Assembly (NCBI GenBank): GCA_030648295.1
Contig: JAUSID010000128.1
Span: 5,897 to 69,896, forward strand
Length of the DNA: 64,000 nt
Direction: 5' to 3'
Source: Opitutaceae bacterium
GTDB lineage: Bacteria; Verrucomicrobiota; Verrucomicrobiia; Opitutales; Opitutaceae
Below are positions 37,898 to 48,485 of this stretch, in pieces. Position 1 is the stretch's first letter; each line of letters starts with the position of its first letter. A program made the translations under genes and the position numbers. A model generated the notes under the pieces. The model was not told the origin of the DNA. It did no database searches and saw nothing but the letters and a program-made list of their open reading frames with translations.

Positions 37898-39187
37898 GTG
37901 GCCGAAAACCCCAGGGGAAATACGACCAAACCCATCGATGTGACAATCGTTGGCGGAGGCATGATCACGCTCGATCTGCTGCTGCCGTCCATTTACCACC
38001 TCCAGCGAACCGGCACCGTGGGATCCCTCCAGGTGTGTGCGCTCGACAGCGGGCCGCTCCAGGCGCTCAAGACCGACGAGGGCATGCGGCAGGCTTTCCC
38101 CGGACAGAGTTTCACCGCGCACCCGCCCGAAAACGAGGATCCGAAGAAGAAGTTTCCCGCGCTTTACAAGGAGGTGCTCGCGTCGATGGCTCCGCGGCAG
38201 GCGGTGGTGGTCGCGATGCCGGACCAGTTTCACTACGAGGTGGTGATGGAGGCGTTGCGGAACGAACAGCACGTGCTGTGCGTGAAACCGCTCGTTTTGC
38301 GATACCAGCACGCGCTCGAGGTGGAGAAGCTGGCTTACGACAAGGGTCTGTTCGTCGGAATCGAGTACCACAAGCGGTTCGACCGGCGCGCGCTGCTGGC
38401 GCGGCGGCATTACGAACTCGGGCACTTCGGCGAGTTCGTCATGGGCGAGGCGAAGATGATCGAGCCGTATTACTACCGCTCGTCCAATTTCCAGAACTGG
38501 TTCACCTGCGACAAGACGGATCCCTTCGTGTATGTGGGCTGCCACTACGTCGATCTCGTCCAGTTCATCACCGGCCTGAAGCCGGCGCAAATCAGCGTGT
38601 CAGGGGTGAAGGGCCGTTTCCCCAATGGCAACGAGGGGTACATGTGGGCGAACGGGCGCGTCATTTACGAGAACGGGGCCATTCTTTCCGTCATCGACGG
38701 GCTCGGCTATCCGGATGACGGCGCCGGCAGCAATGAGCAGTGCCTGACGATGTTTTGCGAAGGGCAGGGCAAATCCGGGATGATCGCGCACGATGATCAG
38801 TTCCGGGGCGTCGAGCACAGCTATCTCAAGTCCGGGATCGGCTGCGCGGGCAGCATCTTCAACTACATCAATCCGGATTTCTTCCGGCTGGTGCCGTGGG
38901 AGGGGGCGGGCTACCGGCCCGCCGGGTACGGCTTCGACTCGGTGGCGGCGATTCTGGGCATGGCGCAGCGGATCGAAGCCGAGGTGGCGGGGCTGCCCGG
39001 GCCGGCCGCCATGGTCCGGCGCCGCGAGTTGCTGAAGGAGGTTGACGCGAAGGGCATCATCGCGACGCCGGCCAACAGCAGCACGAACGAACTCGTGGTC
39101 GAGGCGGCGCGACTCTCGATTCTGAACAACGGGCGGATGGCGCGGATTTCATATGGTGAAGACGCGCACGTGGAACTTGCCCATTAA
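37898..39187 (+). CDS. Gfo/Idh/MocA-family oxidoreductase
   Basis: Rossmann IVGGGM, VAMPDQFH, VLCVKPL, YHKRFD, GCHYVD; start inferred. Confidence 0.85.
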   Translation: MAENPRGNTTKPIDVTIVGGGMITLDLLLPSIYHLQRTGTVGSLQVCALDSGPLQALKTDEGMRQAFPGQSFTAHPPENEDPKKKFPALYKEVLASMAPRQAVVVAMPDQFHYEVVMEALRNEQHVLCVKPLVLRYQHALEVEKLAYDKGLFVGIEYHKRFDRRALLARRHYELGHFGEFVMGEAKMIEPYYYRSSNFQNWFTCDKTDPFVYVGCHYVDLVQFITGLKPAQISVSGVKGRFPNGNEGYMWANGRVIYENGAILSVIDGLGYPDDGAGSNEQCLTMFCEGQGKSGMIAHDDQFRGVEHSYLKSGIGCAGSIFNYINPDFFRLVPWEGAGYRPAGYGFDSVAAILGMAQRIEAEVAGLPGPAAMVRRRELLKEVDAKGIIATPANSSTNELVVEAARLSILNNGRMARISYGEDAHVELAH

Positions 39188-39207
39188 CCCTTCTCCAGCG
39201 TTTCAAC

Positions 39208-40575
39208 ATGGCTATATATAGTCTGAACCCCGTCGTCGTTCCACCCGTCAAGACGCGCTACCGCACGATCAAGACAAAGTTGCCCGTGCCGCAGTCGCTC
39301 CCGCTATTCAAGGCGCTGGCGAAGGCCGAGCCCCGCTCCATGCTGGGGCAGCCCCCGATTATCTGGGACAAGGCCGACGACTTCAGCGTTTCGGATCGCT
39401 GGGGCAACCGGTGGATTGACTGGTCGTCCGGTGTGCTCATCACCAACGTCGGCCACGGCGCCGATGAGGTGAAACGAGCCGTGATCAAGAAGGTCAAGCA
39501 GGGTCTGCTTGCCACCTACGTGTTCGTGCACGAGGACCGCGCCGCGCTTTGCCGCGAGCTCCAGTCCATCTCGCCCGACCCCCGGAAGTATCACGTGTTC
39601 CTGCTCAGCACCGGCAGTGAGGCGGTGGAGAACTGCATCAAGCTCTCCAAGACGTACGCGATGGAAAAGCACGGGCCACAGAAGAGATACCTGGTGAGCT
39701 TCACCAATGGGTTTCACGGGCGGACGATGGGTTCGCAGCTCGCCGGCGGGATGCCGAAGCTCAAGAAATGGCTGGGCGAAAGCGACCGGACATTCGTCCA
39801 GGTGCCGTTCCCGGATGGATTCAAGAACGCGGACACGAGCTTCGATCTGTTCCTGCGGTCACTGCAGGAGCAGGGCGTCAAGCCGGAGGAGATCGCGGGT
39901 GTCCTGAGCGAAGCCTACCAGGGTGTCGGCCCGGATTTCTTCCCGGTCGATTATGCGCGGAAGCTGGAGGCCTTCTGCCGGGAGCACGACATCGTGCTGA
40001 CGATGGACGAGGTGCAGTCGGGCTTCGGCCGGACCGGAAAGTGGTTCACCTATGAACAGTACGGCATCAAGCCCGATCTCATCGCCTGCGGGAAAGGGAT
40101 CACCTCGTCACTGCCGTTGTCGGCGGTGATCGGCCGCGAGGATATCCTGGGTTTGTACGCTCCGGGTTCGATGACCTCCACGCATTCAGCCTCGCCGTTG
40201 TGCGTGGCGGCGGCACTGGCCAACATGAAGCTGTTGAAGAAGGGACCCTATATCCGGAACGCCGCCAGACTGGGCCGGATCCTGGTTCCCGAACTCCACC
40301 GGATTCAGAAGAAATATCCGGACGTACTGGGCGCCGCCACCGGGATGGGCCTCGTTGGGGGCATCCAGGTCGTAAAGCGTGGTACGAAGGAGCCGGACGC
40401 CGAGACTGCGACCGCAATCAATGTGAAGTGTTTTCATAAGGGGTTGCTGATGTTCGCGCCCGTCGGCATCGGCGGAGAGTGCATCAAGATCGCTCCTCCC
40501 CTGAGCATCAATGAGGCCGCGCTCCGCGAAGGGCTGCAGGTGCTCGAGGAAGCGATCGACGAGGTGCTGGGCTGA
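39208..40575 (+). CDS. Class III PLP aminotransferase
   Basis: STGSEAVE, FHGRT, DEVQSGFGRTG, PDLIACGKG, IAPPL. Confidence 0.92.
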   Translation: MAIYSLNPVVVPPVKTRYRTIKTKLPVPQSLPLFKALAKAEPRSMLGQPPIIWDKADDFSVSDRWGNRWIDWSSGVLITNVGHGADEVKRAVIKKVKQGLLATYVFVHEDRAALCRELQSISPDPRKYHVFLLSTGSEAVENCIKLSKTYAMEKHGPQKRYLVSFTNGFHGRTMGSQLAGGMPKLKKWLGESDRTFVQVPFPDGFKNADTSFDLFLRSLQEQGVKPEEIAGVLSEAYQGVGPDFFPVDYARKLEAFCREHDIVLTMDEVQSGFGRTGKWFTYEQYGIKPDLIACGKGITSSLPLSAVIGREDILGLYAPGSMTSTHSASPLCVAAALANMKLLKKGPYIRNAARLGRILVPELHRIQKKYPDVLGAATGMGLVGGIQVVKRGTKEPDAETATAINVKCFHKGLLMFAPVGIGGECIKIAPPLSINEAALREGLQVLEEAIDEVLG

Positions 40576-40740
40576 GGAATTCCACGACGGCGGTTGGACT
40601 CACTGCAGTCTGGAATGCCGGGCGCACCTCGCGCGCAGCCAACCACCTTTCGGAGGGGGTTGCGTCGCGGCGTCGCGCCCCCCGGCTATGCAATTGCCAT
40701 CTGCTCCGAAACCCCGCAAACCTCGCGCTCACAAACTCGA

Positions 40741-41385
40741 ATGAAAACACCCTGGCATATGGCGATCGCGATCGTGGGTACGGTGATATTGGGCGGAGCG
40801 CTGCTGGCCGCCCAGCAAACCAGGAAGGTGAGCGATGAATTTCGCCGCCAGTTCATCAAGGATTTCAAGCGTATCGGGTTGAACACGACCGTGGGCGACG
40901 CCGCGCTCCTGCGCATCCTGGTCGAATCGGGGCGATGCAAACGCGGAGTGGAGGTCGGCTCGGCCACGGGCTTCGGAGCGATCAACATGGGGATCGCGTT
41001 CGAGCGCAACGGCGGCCAGCTGATCACACTCGATATCGATCCCGCGATGATCAAGACGACGCGCGAGAACGTCGCCGCGATGGGCTTGGAAAAAACCGTC
41101 ACGGCCATCGAGGGTGACGCGCTGAAGACACTGGCCGAGCTGAAAGGCGAATTCGACTTTGTCTTCATCGATGCGCTGAAGCCGGATTATCTGAAGTACC
41201 TCAAGCTAATCGAACCCAAGCTCAAGGCAGGCGCCGTGGTGGTGGCCGATAACGTGATTCGCAGCGAGCGGCAGATGAAGGATTATCTCGAATACGTCCA
41301 GACCAGCCCGAACTACGACACGACGATCGTCCGTGCCTCGGTGGAGAAGAACGACGGGATGGCGATCTCGTACAAGTTGAAGTGA
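40741..41385 (+). CDS. O-methyltransferase (family 3) with N-terminal signal-like segment
   Basis: VEVGSATGFG, LDID, GDA, FDFVFIDA, VADNV; hydrophobic N-terminus. Confidence 0.85.
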   Translation: MKTPWHMAIAIVGTVILGGALLAAQQTRKVSDEFRRQFIKDFKRIGLNTTVGDAALLRILVESGRCKRGVEVGSATGFGAINMGIAFERNGGQLITLDIDPAMIKTTRENVAAMGLEKTVTAIEGDALKTLAELKGEFDFVFIDALKPDYLKYLKLIEPKLKAGAVVVADNVIRSERQMKDYLEYVQTSPNYDTTIVRASVEKNDGMAISYKLK

Positions 41386-41448
41386 AGGTTGCGTCGCCGG
41401 ACGCGGGTACGCTCATCGGAAAAGCATTCGGACAATTCGATCGAGCTT

Positions 41449-41520
41449 CGTAGCAGCCGAGGTAACGAGGCTGGAGTATTCGACTCACCGGTCGACAGCC
41501 TCCTTACGTCGGCTGCTACG
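41449..41520. repeat. GTAG-type REP doublet
   Basis: cgtagcagccgaggtaacgaggctg ... cagcctccttacgtcggctgctacg. Confidence 0.75.
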
Positions 41521-41607
41521 CTCGACTGCATGGATGCGGCCAAGGTGTGAGCCAATTCGCCGGACCATACACGGTCGCGACGATTGCATCTTTCTCATTC
41601 TCTTAAT

Positions 41608-41644
41608 CCCTGGTCGCCTGCGGCGCCGCCAAAGGCGGGTAAAC
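41608..41644 (-). repeat. 37-nt dispersed GC-rich repeat (copy of 61506-61578 units)
   Basis: Reverse complement gtttacccgcctttggcggcgccgcaggcgaccaggg differs at 3 positions from 61542-61578. Confidence 0.8.
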
Positions 41645-41764
41645 TTTCTCTTTCTCTCGGTTGGCGGCGCGCGGCGAGAAAGATAAAGAGAACGAGGAAA
41701 GAGAAAGAACCGGAGCCATATCCGTTCTGGCAGCGGCCGCGCCAACGCCGATCCCATTGGCGGC

Positions 41765-42964
41765 CTACCGCGCGAACGCGCGTTTGATTTGCGCCAGACT
41801 CACGCCGAGGCCGGCCCGTGCAACCGGGTCGAGCGCGGATTCGGCCGCCTGCACGTGAATCGTTCGGTGCGTATGCGTGGCGGAGGCACCGGGCGCCAGG
41901 GCGAGGGCAGGAGAGGATGACTCGAGCTCGTAGAACTTTCCCATTTGCGCGGCGCCGGGCTTCGGCGCTCCGTCGTTGTAGCTGTTCACGACGTCGCCGG
42001 CGAACGGAGCCTTCTGGATCTCCCACATCGAGTTCACGTACTCGGTCGCGCCAGTGGGGAAGGTGAACGAGACAAGCGTCAGCGTGCCGCCGCTCGCATC
42101 GTAGCTGCCGAGCTGTGGCCGGGCCCGCCAGGGAGAAAAACCGATCTTGCTGCGATAAGCCGCATCAGCGCGGAAATAAACCACGCCATCCTTCACCACG
42201 AGGCGCTCCGCTGGAACCTTGCCGAAGTACGTGTCGTTGACGACGGGGCCGAGCGTGGATTCCGGTCCGGCCTTATACGGCACCACCACGGTCGCGGCTG
42301 GTGATGCGTTGAACATGCCGAGAATCCAGATCGAGAGCAGTCCGGTTTCCTTGCGCCACGGCGCAGTGCCCGTGTTCTTGATCGTGTTGATCGATTCGAA
42401 AGCCACTGCCTTGGCTGATGCCGGCAGCGTGAGGCCTTGCGCCGCGAGTGCCTTCGCCGGGGAAAGCAGCCGGATTTCGCGCGTAACCTCGAGTTGCAGT
42501 TGCGTGCCGCTGTAATTGGTCAGCGTGATTGCCCGCCGGAACGTCGCGCGATCGGCCGACTGACTCACCACTTCGAATGGCTCGGTGTCGATGGCAGGGG
42601 GCGTGAACCAGTGTTCGAGATCGAACTTCGAGCCTTTGGCGAAGAAGATTGAAAACTGCCCGCCTTCGGGGCCGAGCCAGAACCGGTCCTCGCCGCCAAA
42701 TACGTTGATATGCGGCACGAATTTTCCGGACACGATGAGCTCGCGGTTGACCCAGCCATAACTCGCGGCCGCGCCGCCGCCCGCCGTGCTCGTCATGATC
42801 CGGCCCTGCCATGCGGGCACGAGCGCGACCTGGGCCTGCTGGGCGGAGTCGGACAAAACCACGACCGCGACGTGTTTCTTCAGGAACGCGACGTCATCGG
42901 CAAAATTCGCGGCAAACGCGGCAGAACTCATGGCGGTGGCAATCACGAGGAGTCGGAGTTTCAT
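41765..42964 (-). CDS. Exported protein, DUF6786-like
   Basis: Signal peptide; YGWVNRELI, FGGEDRFWLGPEGGQFSIFF, FYELESSSPA. Confidence 0.7.
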   Translation of the reverse strand: MKLRLLVIATAMSSAAFAANFADDVAFLKKHVAVVVLSDSAQQAQVALVPAWQGRIMTSTAGGGAAASYGWVNRELIVSGKFVPHINVFGGEDRFWLGPEGGQFSIFFAKGSKFDLEHWFTPPAIDTEPFEVVSQSADRATFRRAITLTNYSGTQLQLEVTREIRLLSPAKALAAQGLTLPASAKAVAFESINTIKNTGTAPWRKETGLLSIWILGMFNASPAATVVVPYKAGPESTLGPVVNDTYFGKVPAERLVVKDGVVYFRADAAYRSKIGFSPWRARPQLGSYDASGGTLTLVSFTFPTGATEYVNSMWEIQKAPFAGDVVNSYNDGAPKPGAAQMGKFYELESSSPALALAPGASATHTHRTIHVQAAESALDPVARAGLGVSLAQIKRAFAR

Positions 42965-43025
42965 GGCGAAGACATTTAGTCAGGTTGGCGCCCATCGGTC
43001 GATGACGCCGTTGGGTGCTCCGGTG

Positions 43026-43715
43026 TCAGCTCGCCTCCGACGGCGATTCGTCGGGCAAAGGCGTCAGCATCACTCCGCGAAAGTGGATCTCTCCGCCCTC
43101 GGATTGCAGGCCAATGCGCCCCGGCACGACGGTGACGCCGCTGACATCGTTCACGAGCTGCCCGTTCAACCGCACGGTGTAATGATCACCGCGGGCCTCG
43201 AGTTCGACGCGGTTCCATTCGCCCGGTGGCTTCTCGGCGCCGGCCGATTTTTTCACGCCGTTGATCCTGCCCACGGCGGCGCTCTCGCGCTCGAACCAGC
43301 GTGGCTGACCACCCGCGATGGCGAAGCCCTTCAGGCCGAGGACGTCACCGGCGTTGCCATGCTGAAGTTGCACCTCGACCGTTTGCGGCAGCGCGCCCGT
43401 CCCCGGCTTGATTCGCGACATGATCCCGCTGTTGCCCGGCTTGCCGCCGGGCGCCCAGCGGTATTCGACCACCAGCTGAAAATTCGTGTAATTTTTTTCC
43501 GTATACAACACGCCCAACGGAGTGCCGGCGCAGACGAGCAGGCCATCGCGCACGCTCCACACCTGCTCGCGCGGGACGGCCGAATCGGCCAGCACATGCG
43601 TCCACCCGTCGAGCGTTCGGCCGTCAAAAAGCGCGACGGTCGCGGCCGGGCGGGAGGCCAGGCCGAGGCCGGTCATCGCCACGCTGAGGGTTATGAACCC
43701 GAGAATCCGATACAT
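43026..43715 (-). CDS. DUF1080 (3-keto-disaccharide hydrolase family) exported protein
   Basis: LFDGRTLDGW, GNSG, EVQL, GEWN, IGLQSEG. Confidence 0.88.
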   Translation of the reverse strand: MYRILGFITLSVAMTGLGLASRPAATVALFDGRTLDGWTHVLADSAVPREQVWSVRDGLLVCAGTPLGVLYTEKNYTNFQLVVEYRWAPGGKPGNSGIMSRIKPGTGALPQTVEVQLQHGNAGDVLGLKGFAIAGGQPRWFERESAAVGRINGVKKSAGAEKPPGEWNRVELEARGDHYTVRLNGQLVNDVSGVTVVPGRIGLQSEGGEIHFRGVMLTPLPDESPSEAS

Positions 43716-44103
43716 CACCGAGGTTTTCACGGCCTGGCATGCAATCGGGTCAGGGCCACGACTCCAATCGAAAGCCGGTCCGTTCGCAGCGGTGCGCTCA
43801 GGATAGAATCTGCGGTGATGCATCACATTCCAGCCTGGTATGGGTGGAACGAGGTGAAGCGAGCGATGCGCGGACTGGAATCCGGCGGCCTATCGCCTGG
43901 TGGCGGGAGCCGCGGTGGCGTCGGGCCGGGCATCCGGAAATGCCAGCCTTACGGCCTATGTTCTTTGGATGAAACACCGCCGCGCGGCCGCGGTTCAGTA
44001 GGGTGGTGCGCACCGACGCGCCGGGCTTGTGCTTCCGCACGGCGCTTCTTTCAATCCGCCATCCCGGGTCAACCGCAACCGCGCATCACGAAAAAACAAA
44101 CGC

Positions 44104-45483
44104 ATGAGTTCCCTTCCGCCAGCTCGGACCGGCCAATATTCGCCACCGAAATTTCACGTCTCGCGCCGGTCCTTTCTCCGGCATTGCGGCGCCGTGGCGG
44201 CGCTGACGGGATTACCGGCTTGGTTTCTCGAACGCGAACTCGCGGCGGCCGAAACCTCTTCGCGTCCAGCACCGGTTGGACGACCCGGGATTGCGCTCAT
44301 TGGTTGCGGCGGCCAGGGCCGGCGCGACGCCGCCAACGCGGCGAGCTTCGGCGACGTGGTGGCGGTTTGTGACGTCGACGACGACCGGCTCGCCTCGGCG
44401 GTGAAGCAGTTCGCCAACGAGGAGAAAAAGCCCGTTGGCTACACCGACTTCCGGCGCGTGCTCGAGCAGCGCGACGTGCATGTCGTCATCAATGGCACGC
44501 CCGATCACTGGCACACGTTGATCAACATCGCGGCGGCTCGCGCGGGGAAGGACGTGTATGCCGAGAAACCGCTCACGCTGACGATCGACGAGGGCCGGCA
44601 CGTCGTTGCGGCGGTGCGAAAGGCCGGGATCATCCTCCAGACCGGCACGCAGCAGCGCAGCTCGCAGCGGTTCCGGCTCGCCTGCGAGCTCGTGCGAAAC
44701 GGCCGGATTGGAAAACTCCAGGAGGCGAACGTGTGGCTGCCGGCGGGATTGCGCGAGGGACCCTTCAAGTCCGAGCCGGTGCCGGCATATCTCAATTGGG
44801 ATTACTGGCTGGGGCAGGCGCCGCAGGTCGAGTACGTGCCGCAGCGCTGCCGGGGCCGGTTCCGGTTTTGGTACGATTATTCCGGGGGCACGATGACCGA
44901 CTGGGGCGCGCATCACAACGACATCGCGTATTGGGCGATCGGTCTCATCGCGCCGCGGGACATCGAGGCGGAGGCGCTGGTCGAACCGATTCCCGGCGGC
45001 TACACCGCGCACAGCGAATACAAGGTCCGCTATCGGTACGAAAACGGCGTGCGGCTCAACATCGCCACGACGACCGACGAGAACCCCTCGGGGGCGAAGA
45101 CGAAGCCGGATGGCCAGCGCAATGGTATCCGTTTCGTGGGCACCGAGGGCTGGATCTGGGTGAATCGAGAGCAGTTGACGGCGAGCGAGCCCGAAATCCT
45201 CAAGGCGCCGCTGGCGGCAAACGCGGTGCGGCTCTACCAAAGTTCGAATCACATGGAGAACTTCTTCGATTGCGTGCAGTCGCGAAAGCCGCCGATTTGC
45301 GACGCCGAAACCGGTCATCGTTCCGCGACCATGTGCCACCTCGGGTCCATCGCGCTCCGCACCGGGCTGAAGCTCACGTGGGACGCGCAGCGCGAGCGGT
45401 TTACGGGCGAACACGCGACGGTGGCAAACCGCCATGTCGCCCGCGAGATGCGGAAGCCGTACGGTCTTGGTTTCGCGGGCTGA
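44104..45483 (+). CDS. Tat-exported Gfo/Idh/MocA oxidoreductase
   Basis: SRRSFL twin-arginine, IGCGGQG, TPDHWH, EKP, GTQQRS, DWGAHH. Confidence 0.92.
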   Translation: MSSLPPARTGQYSPPKFHVSRRSFLRHCGAVAALTGLPAWFLERELAAAETSSRPAPVGRPGIALIGCGGQGRRDAANAASFGDVVAVCDVDDDRLASAVKQFANEEKKPVGYTDFRRVLEQRDVHVVINGTPDHWHTLINIAAARAGKDVYAEKPLTLTIDEGRHVVAAVRKAGIILQTGTQQRSSQRFRLACELVRNGRIGKLQEANVWLPAGLREGPFKSEPVPAYLNWDYWLGQAPQVEYVPQRCRGRFRFWYDYSGGTMTDWGAHHNDIAYWAIGLIAPRDIEAEALVEPIPGGYTAHSEYKVRYRYENGVRLNIATTTDENPSGAKTKPDGQRNGIRFVGTEGWIWVNREQLTASEPEILKAPLAANAVRLYQSSNHMENFFDCVQSRKPPICDAETGHRSATMCHLGSIALRTGLKLTWDAQRERFTGEHATVANRHVAREMRKPYGLGFAG

Positions 45484-45584
45484 CGCGCCGCGGGCCACGA
45501 ATGTCGAAGTTTGGCTTGGCGACCCTTGGCGTCGCGTCCATGGTCGGGGCGGGAGACGAACAATCCGGTCATCGTCAACCGTTC

Positions 45585-45995
45585 ATGACTGAAAAAACGG
45601 TGAGTTTGGGAACAGCGCTGTTGATCGACGATGAGGCGTATTTTCGCAGATTCGTTGGCCAGGTGCTGAAGAAGGCACTCGTCGAGCGCGTCTTTGAAGC
45701 GTGCGACGGACGCGAGGGCGTGAAGCTGTTTCAGGAAATCTCCCCCGAAATCGTTCTGCTCGACATCAACATGCCGCACATGGGAGGGGTCGAAACCCTC
45801 ACCGCGCTGCGCAAACTTTCGGCCACCGTGCCGATCATCATGCTGACGTCGGTCTCCGAGGAAAAGGTGGTGGAGGAATGTGTCGGCCAGGGTGCGACGT
45901 ATTTTATTCGCAAGGACGTGCCGGCGCATGAGCTGACGGCGGCGTTGCAGGAGGCGCTGGGCGAGTTTCTCGAGCACCGGAAGCCTTCCGCATGA
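45585..45995 (+). CDS. Single-domain response regulator
   Basis: IDDE, LLDINMP (phospho-Asp), MLT, IRK. Confidence 0.9.
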   Translation: MTEKTVSLGTALLIDDEAYFRRFVGQVLKKALVERVFEACDGREGVKLFQEISPEIVLLDINMPHMGGVETLTALRKLSATVPIIMLTSVSEEKVVEECVGQGATYFIRKDVPAHELTAALQEALGEFLEHRKPSA

Positions 45996-46189
45996 GTACG
46001 CCGGCCCCGAAACCGAAGGCGAAGTCGCTCGCCGATTACCTGATGCGCTACGATCTGGCGGCCACGATCGAGGAAGCGCGCGCCGACTACAGCCAGTCGT
46101 CCTCCGGCGGTCCACGGCTCCTCACGCAGCGGGATATCGCGGCCCGCTTCCGCAAACTCCGTCCGCCAGCCAAGGGTCCGAATGAGTAA
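45992..46189 (+). CDS. Small hypothetical protein coupled to both neighbours
   Basis: 65 aa; ATGA overlap with the response regulator and 8-bp overlap with the ATPase. Confidence 0.65.
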   Translation: MSTPAPKPKAKSLADYLMRYDLAATIEEARADYSQSSSGGPRLLTQRDIAARFRKLRPPAKGPNE

Positions 46190-47906
46190 TGTCGAAGTCT
46201 TCCTGGACTCTCTCCGTCGGTCGGCCCCGGAACAGGTACAGCTCATCGATTCGCGTTCGGAACTGCTGAAGGCCGAGCCGATGAAGCTGCTCACCGACCT
46301 GCTGGAACGGTCGGTGCTCGATAAGACCCGGTTGTTTCAACATTGGGCCGACTCGCTGGGCGTGGCCTACGTGAATCCGATGACGGTCGCGATTCCAACC
46401 GACGGCTATGAACAGCTGCCGGTGGACATCGCGCGGCGGGTGCTGGCGATCGTGCTCAACTCGCTCGGCGACGCCGCGACGGTCGCGATGGCCGATCCAG
46501 TGAACACGAAGCAAATCGAGTCGCTGGGAAAGATCCTGGGCAAGACCGTCAGCCCGGTCTTCGCGCATCCCGGTGAGATCGCGACGGTGATCGACATGTA
46601 CCTCGGTAACGAGGGCAACATCGCCACGAATCTGCACACGGTGTGTTCGCAGCTCCCGGCCCTCATTGGGGCGCGGGAAATAAGAACCGCCGCCGACGTC
46701 GCCGACCTCGTCGAATCGCGCGCGGTGATCGAGTTGCTGAACAGCATCATCCTCACCGCGTATCGGCGCCGGGCGTCCGACATTCACCTGGAGGCCCGGG
46801 CCGACTCCAGTCGCGTCCGCATGCGGATCGATGGGGACATGGAAACGATCATGGAGTTGCCGCGCACCGTGCACCTGACGCTGCTCGCGCGGGTGAAGGT
46901 GCTCTGCCAACTGGATGTTTCACAGAACCGGCTGCCGCAGGATGGTGCGTTCGAACTGGATTTCGGCGCACTGAACACCTCGTTCCGGGTTTCGACCCTG
47001 CCCAGCTTGTACGGGGAAAAGGCGGTCCTCCGCGTGCTCGGTTCGCCCCTCAGCCAGTCGTTGCTGAATCTGGATACGCTCGGACTGCCGCATTCGACGC
47101 TGGATGCGGTCAAGCGCGTGATTTCCCGGCCGAGCGGGATTCTCATCGTGTGCGGACCGACGGGGAGCGGGAAGACGACGACGCTTTATGGGTGCATCAA
47201 CCATCTGAACCGGCCCGATCTCAACATCACGACGATCGAGGATCCGGTCGAATACCGCCTGCCGGACATCACGCAGCATCAGGTCAACGCGGGGATTGGG
47301 CTGACGTTTGCCAAGGTGCTGCGAAGCGTGCTGCGCCAGGATCCCGATGCGATCCTCGTGGGTGAAATTCGCGACTTGGAAACGGCCATGATCGCGACGG
47401 ACGCGGCGCTGACCGGGCACTTCGTCCTGACCACGCTGCACACGAACAATGCATTGCAGGCGGTGACGCGGCTGGTGGAGATCGGCGTCGACCCGTATCT
47501 CGTCGCGCCCACCACGATGGGCGTGCTCTCGCAACGGCTGGTGCGCCGGATTTGTTCATCCTGCAAGGAGTCGTACACGCCGACGGACGCGGAACTCGCC
47601 GCGCATTTCTCGAACTGGCAGGGTGTGCCGGTGACGCTCTATCGCGGCCGCGGGTGCCCGAAGTGCTTTGATACCGGATACAGCGGCCGCGTCGGCATCT
47701 ACGAGTTCATCGAGGTGTCGGAGAAGATGCGCGAGCTGATCACCGAGCGGCAGAGCGTGGCGCTGCTACTGGAGGAGGCGAAACGGGTGGGCCACCGTAC
47801 CCTGCGGTATGACGGTTTAAAGAAGGCCCTGATCGGCTGGACGACGCTGGAGGAAGTGGAGCGAAACACGTTGCCGGACGTGGCCTACGAGCCGGTGGCA
47901 ACCTGA
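46182..47906 (+). CDS. GspE/PilB-family secretion/pilus ATPase
   Basis: ASDIHLE, GPTGSGKTT, TIEDPVEY, LRQDPD, GEIRD, TTLHTN, Cys4 motif, GYSGR. Confidence 0.93.
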   Translation: MSNVEVFLDSLRRSAPEQVQLIDSRSELLKAEPMKLLTDLLERSVLDKTRLFQHWADSLGVAYVNPMTVAIPTDGYEQLPVDIARRVLAIVLNSLGDAATVAMADPVNTKQIESLGKILGKTVSPVFAHPGEIATVIDMYLGNEGNIATNLHTVCSQLPALIGAREIRTAADVADLVESRAVIELLNSIILTAYRRRASDIHLEARADSSRVRMRIDGDMETIMELPRTVHLTLLARVKVLCQLDVSQNRLPQDGAFELDFGALNTSFRVSTLPSLYGEKAVLRVLGSPLSQSLLNLDTLGLPHSTLDAVKRVISRPSGILIVCGPTGSGKTTTLYGCINHLNRPDLNITTIEDPVEYRLPDITQHQVNAGIGLTFAKVLRSVLRQDPDAILVGEIRDLETAMIATDAALTGHFVLTTLHTNNALQAVTRLVEIGVDPYLVAPTTMGVLSQRLVRRICSSCKESYTPTDAELAAHFSNWQGVPVTLYRGRGCPKCFDTGYSGRVGIYEFIEVSEKMRELITERQSVALLLEEAKRVGHRTLRYDGLKKALIGWTTLEEVERNTLPDVAYEPVAT

Positions 47907-47922
47907 CGAAACGCGCTGCCCG

Positions 47923-48480
47923 ATGAGCCGGCCCCGGCACCCCGCTTCACTTCATGTGGGACGCAACCGGCGCCGCGGCTCCCTGGCCGTCGAAGCCGGA
48001 CTCGCCTTGCTGATCATCGTGCTGGCGGCATGGCTCGGTGCTGAACTGCTGGGGCGGATACAGCAGCGTCGCCGCTGCGATCGGTTTGTCGCGGACCTGC
48101 GGACCATCGCGGCGGCGTTCCAGCGCCACGGTCGCGAGATGAAAGGGGCACCCTTGACCCGCGGGGACGAGGGGAGGTTGCCGCCGCGGCTGGAGGGGCT
48201 GCTCCAGGGCACGAACTGGCGCCACGGCTCGCCGTTCGGTGGCGATTACGAGTGGCTGCCGCGCCTGGACGGGGCGATGTGGCCGGGCGTTGCGAACCAG
48301 CGGGAGGCGGGGCCGGGCGCCATTGCCGTCACGGCGTTTTCACCAGCGTATCCGCTGACGGCGACCAGAGCCGACTGGCTGCGCATCGATGCCGCGATCG
48401 ACGATGGCAATCTGGCGACCGGCCGGTTTCGCACCCGGTTCAACGGCTGGCCGGTCTACCTGCTGACGGAAAAACCGTAG
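47923..48480 (+). CDS. Pilin/pseudopilin-like protein
   Basis: RRG|SLAVE followed by a TM helix (atypical +1 Ser); IDDGNLATG C-terminus. Confidence 0.7.
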   Translation: MSRPRHPASLHVGRNRRRGSLAVEAGLALLIIVLAAWLGAELLGRIQQRRRCDRFVADLRTIAAAFQRHGREMKGAPLTRGDEGRLPPRLEGLLQGTNWRHGSPFGGDYEWLPRLDGAMWPGVANQREAGPGAIAVTAFSPAYPLTATRADWLRIDAAIDDGNLATGRFRTRFNGWPVYLLTEKP

Positions 48481-48485
48481 GGACC

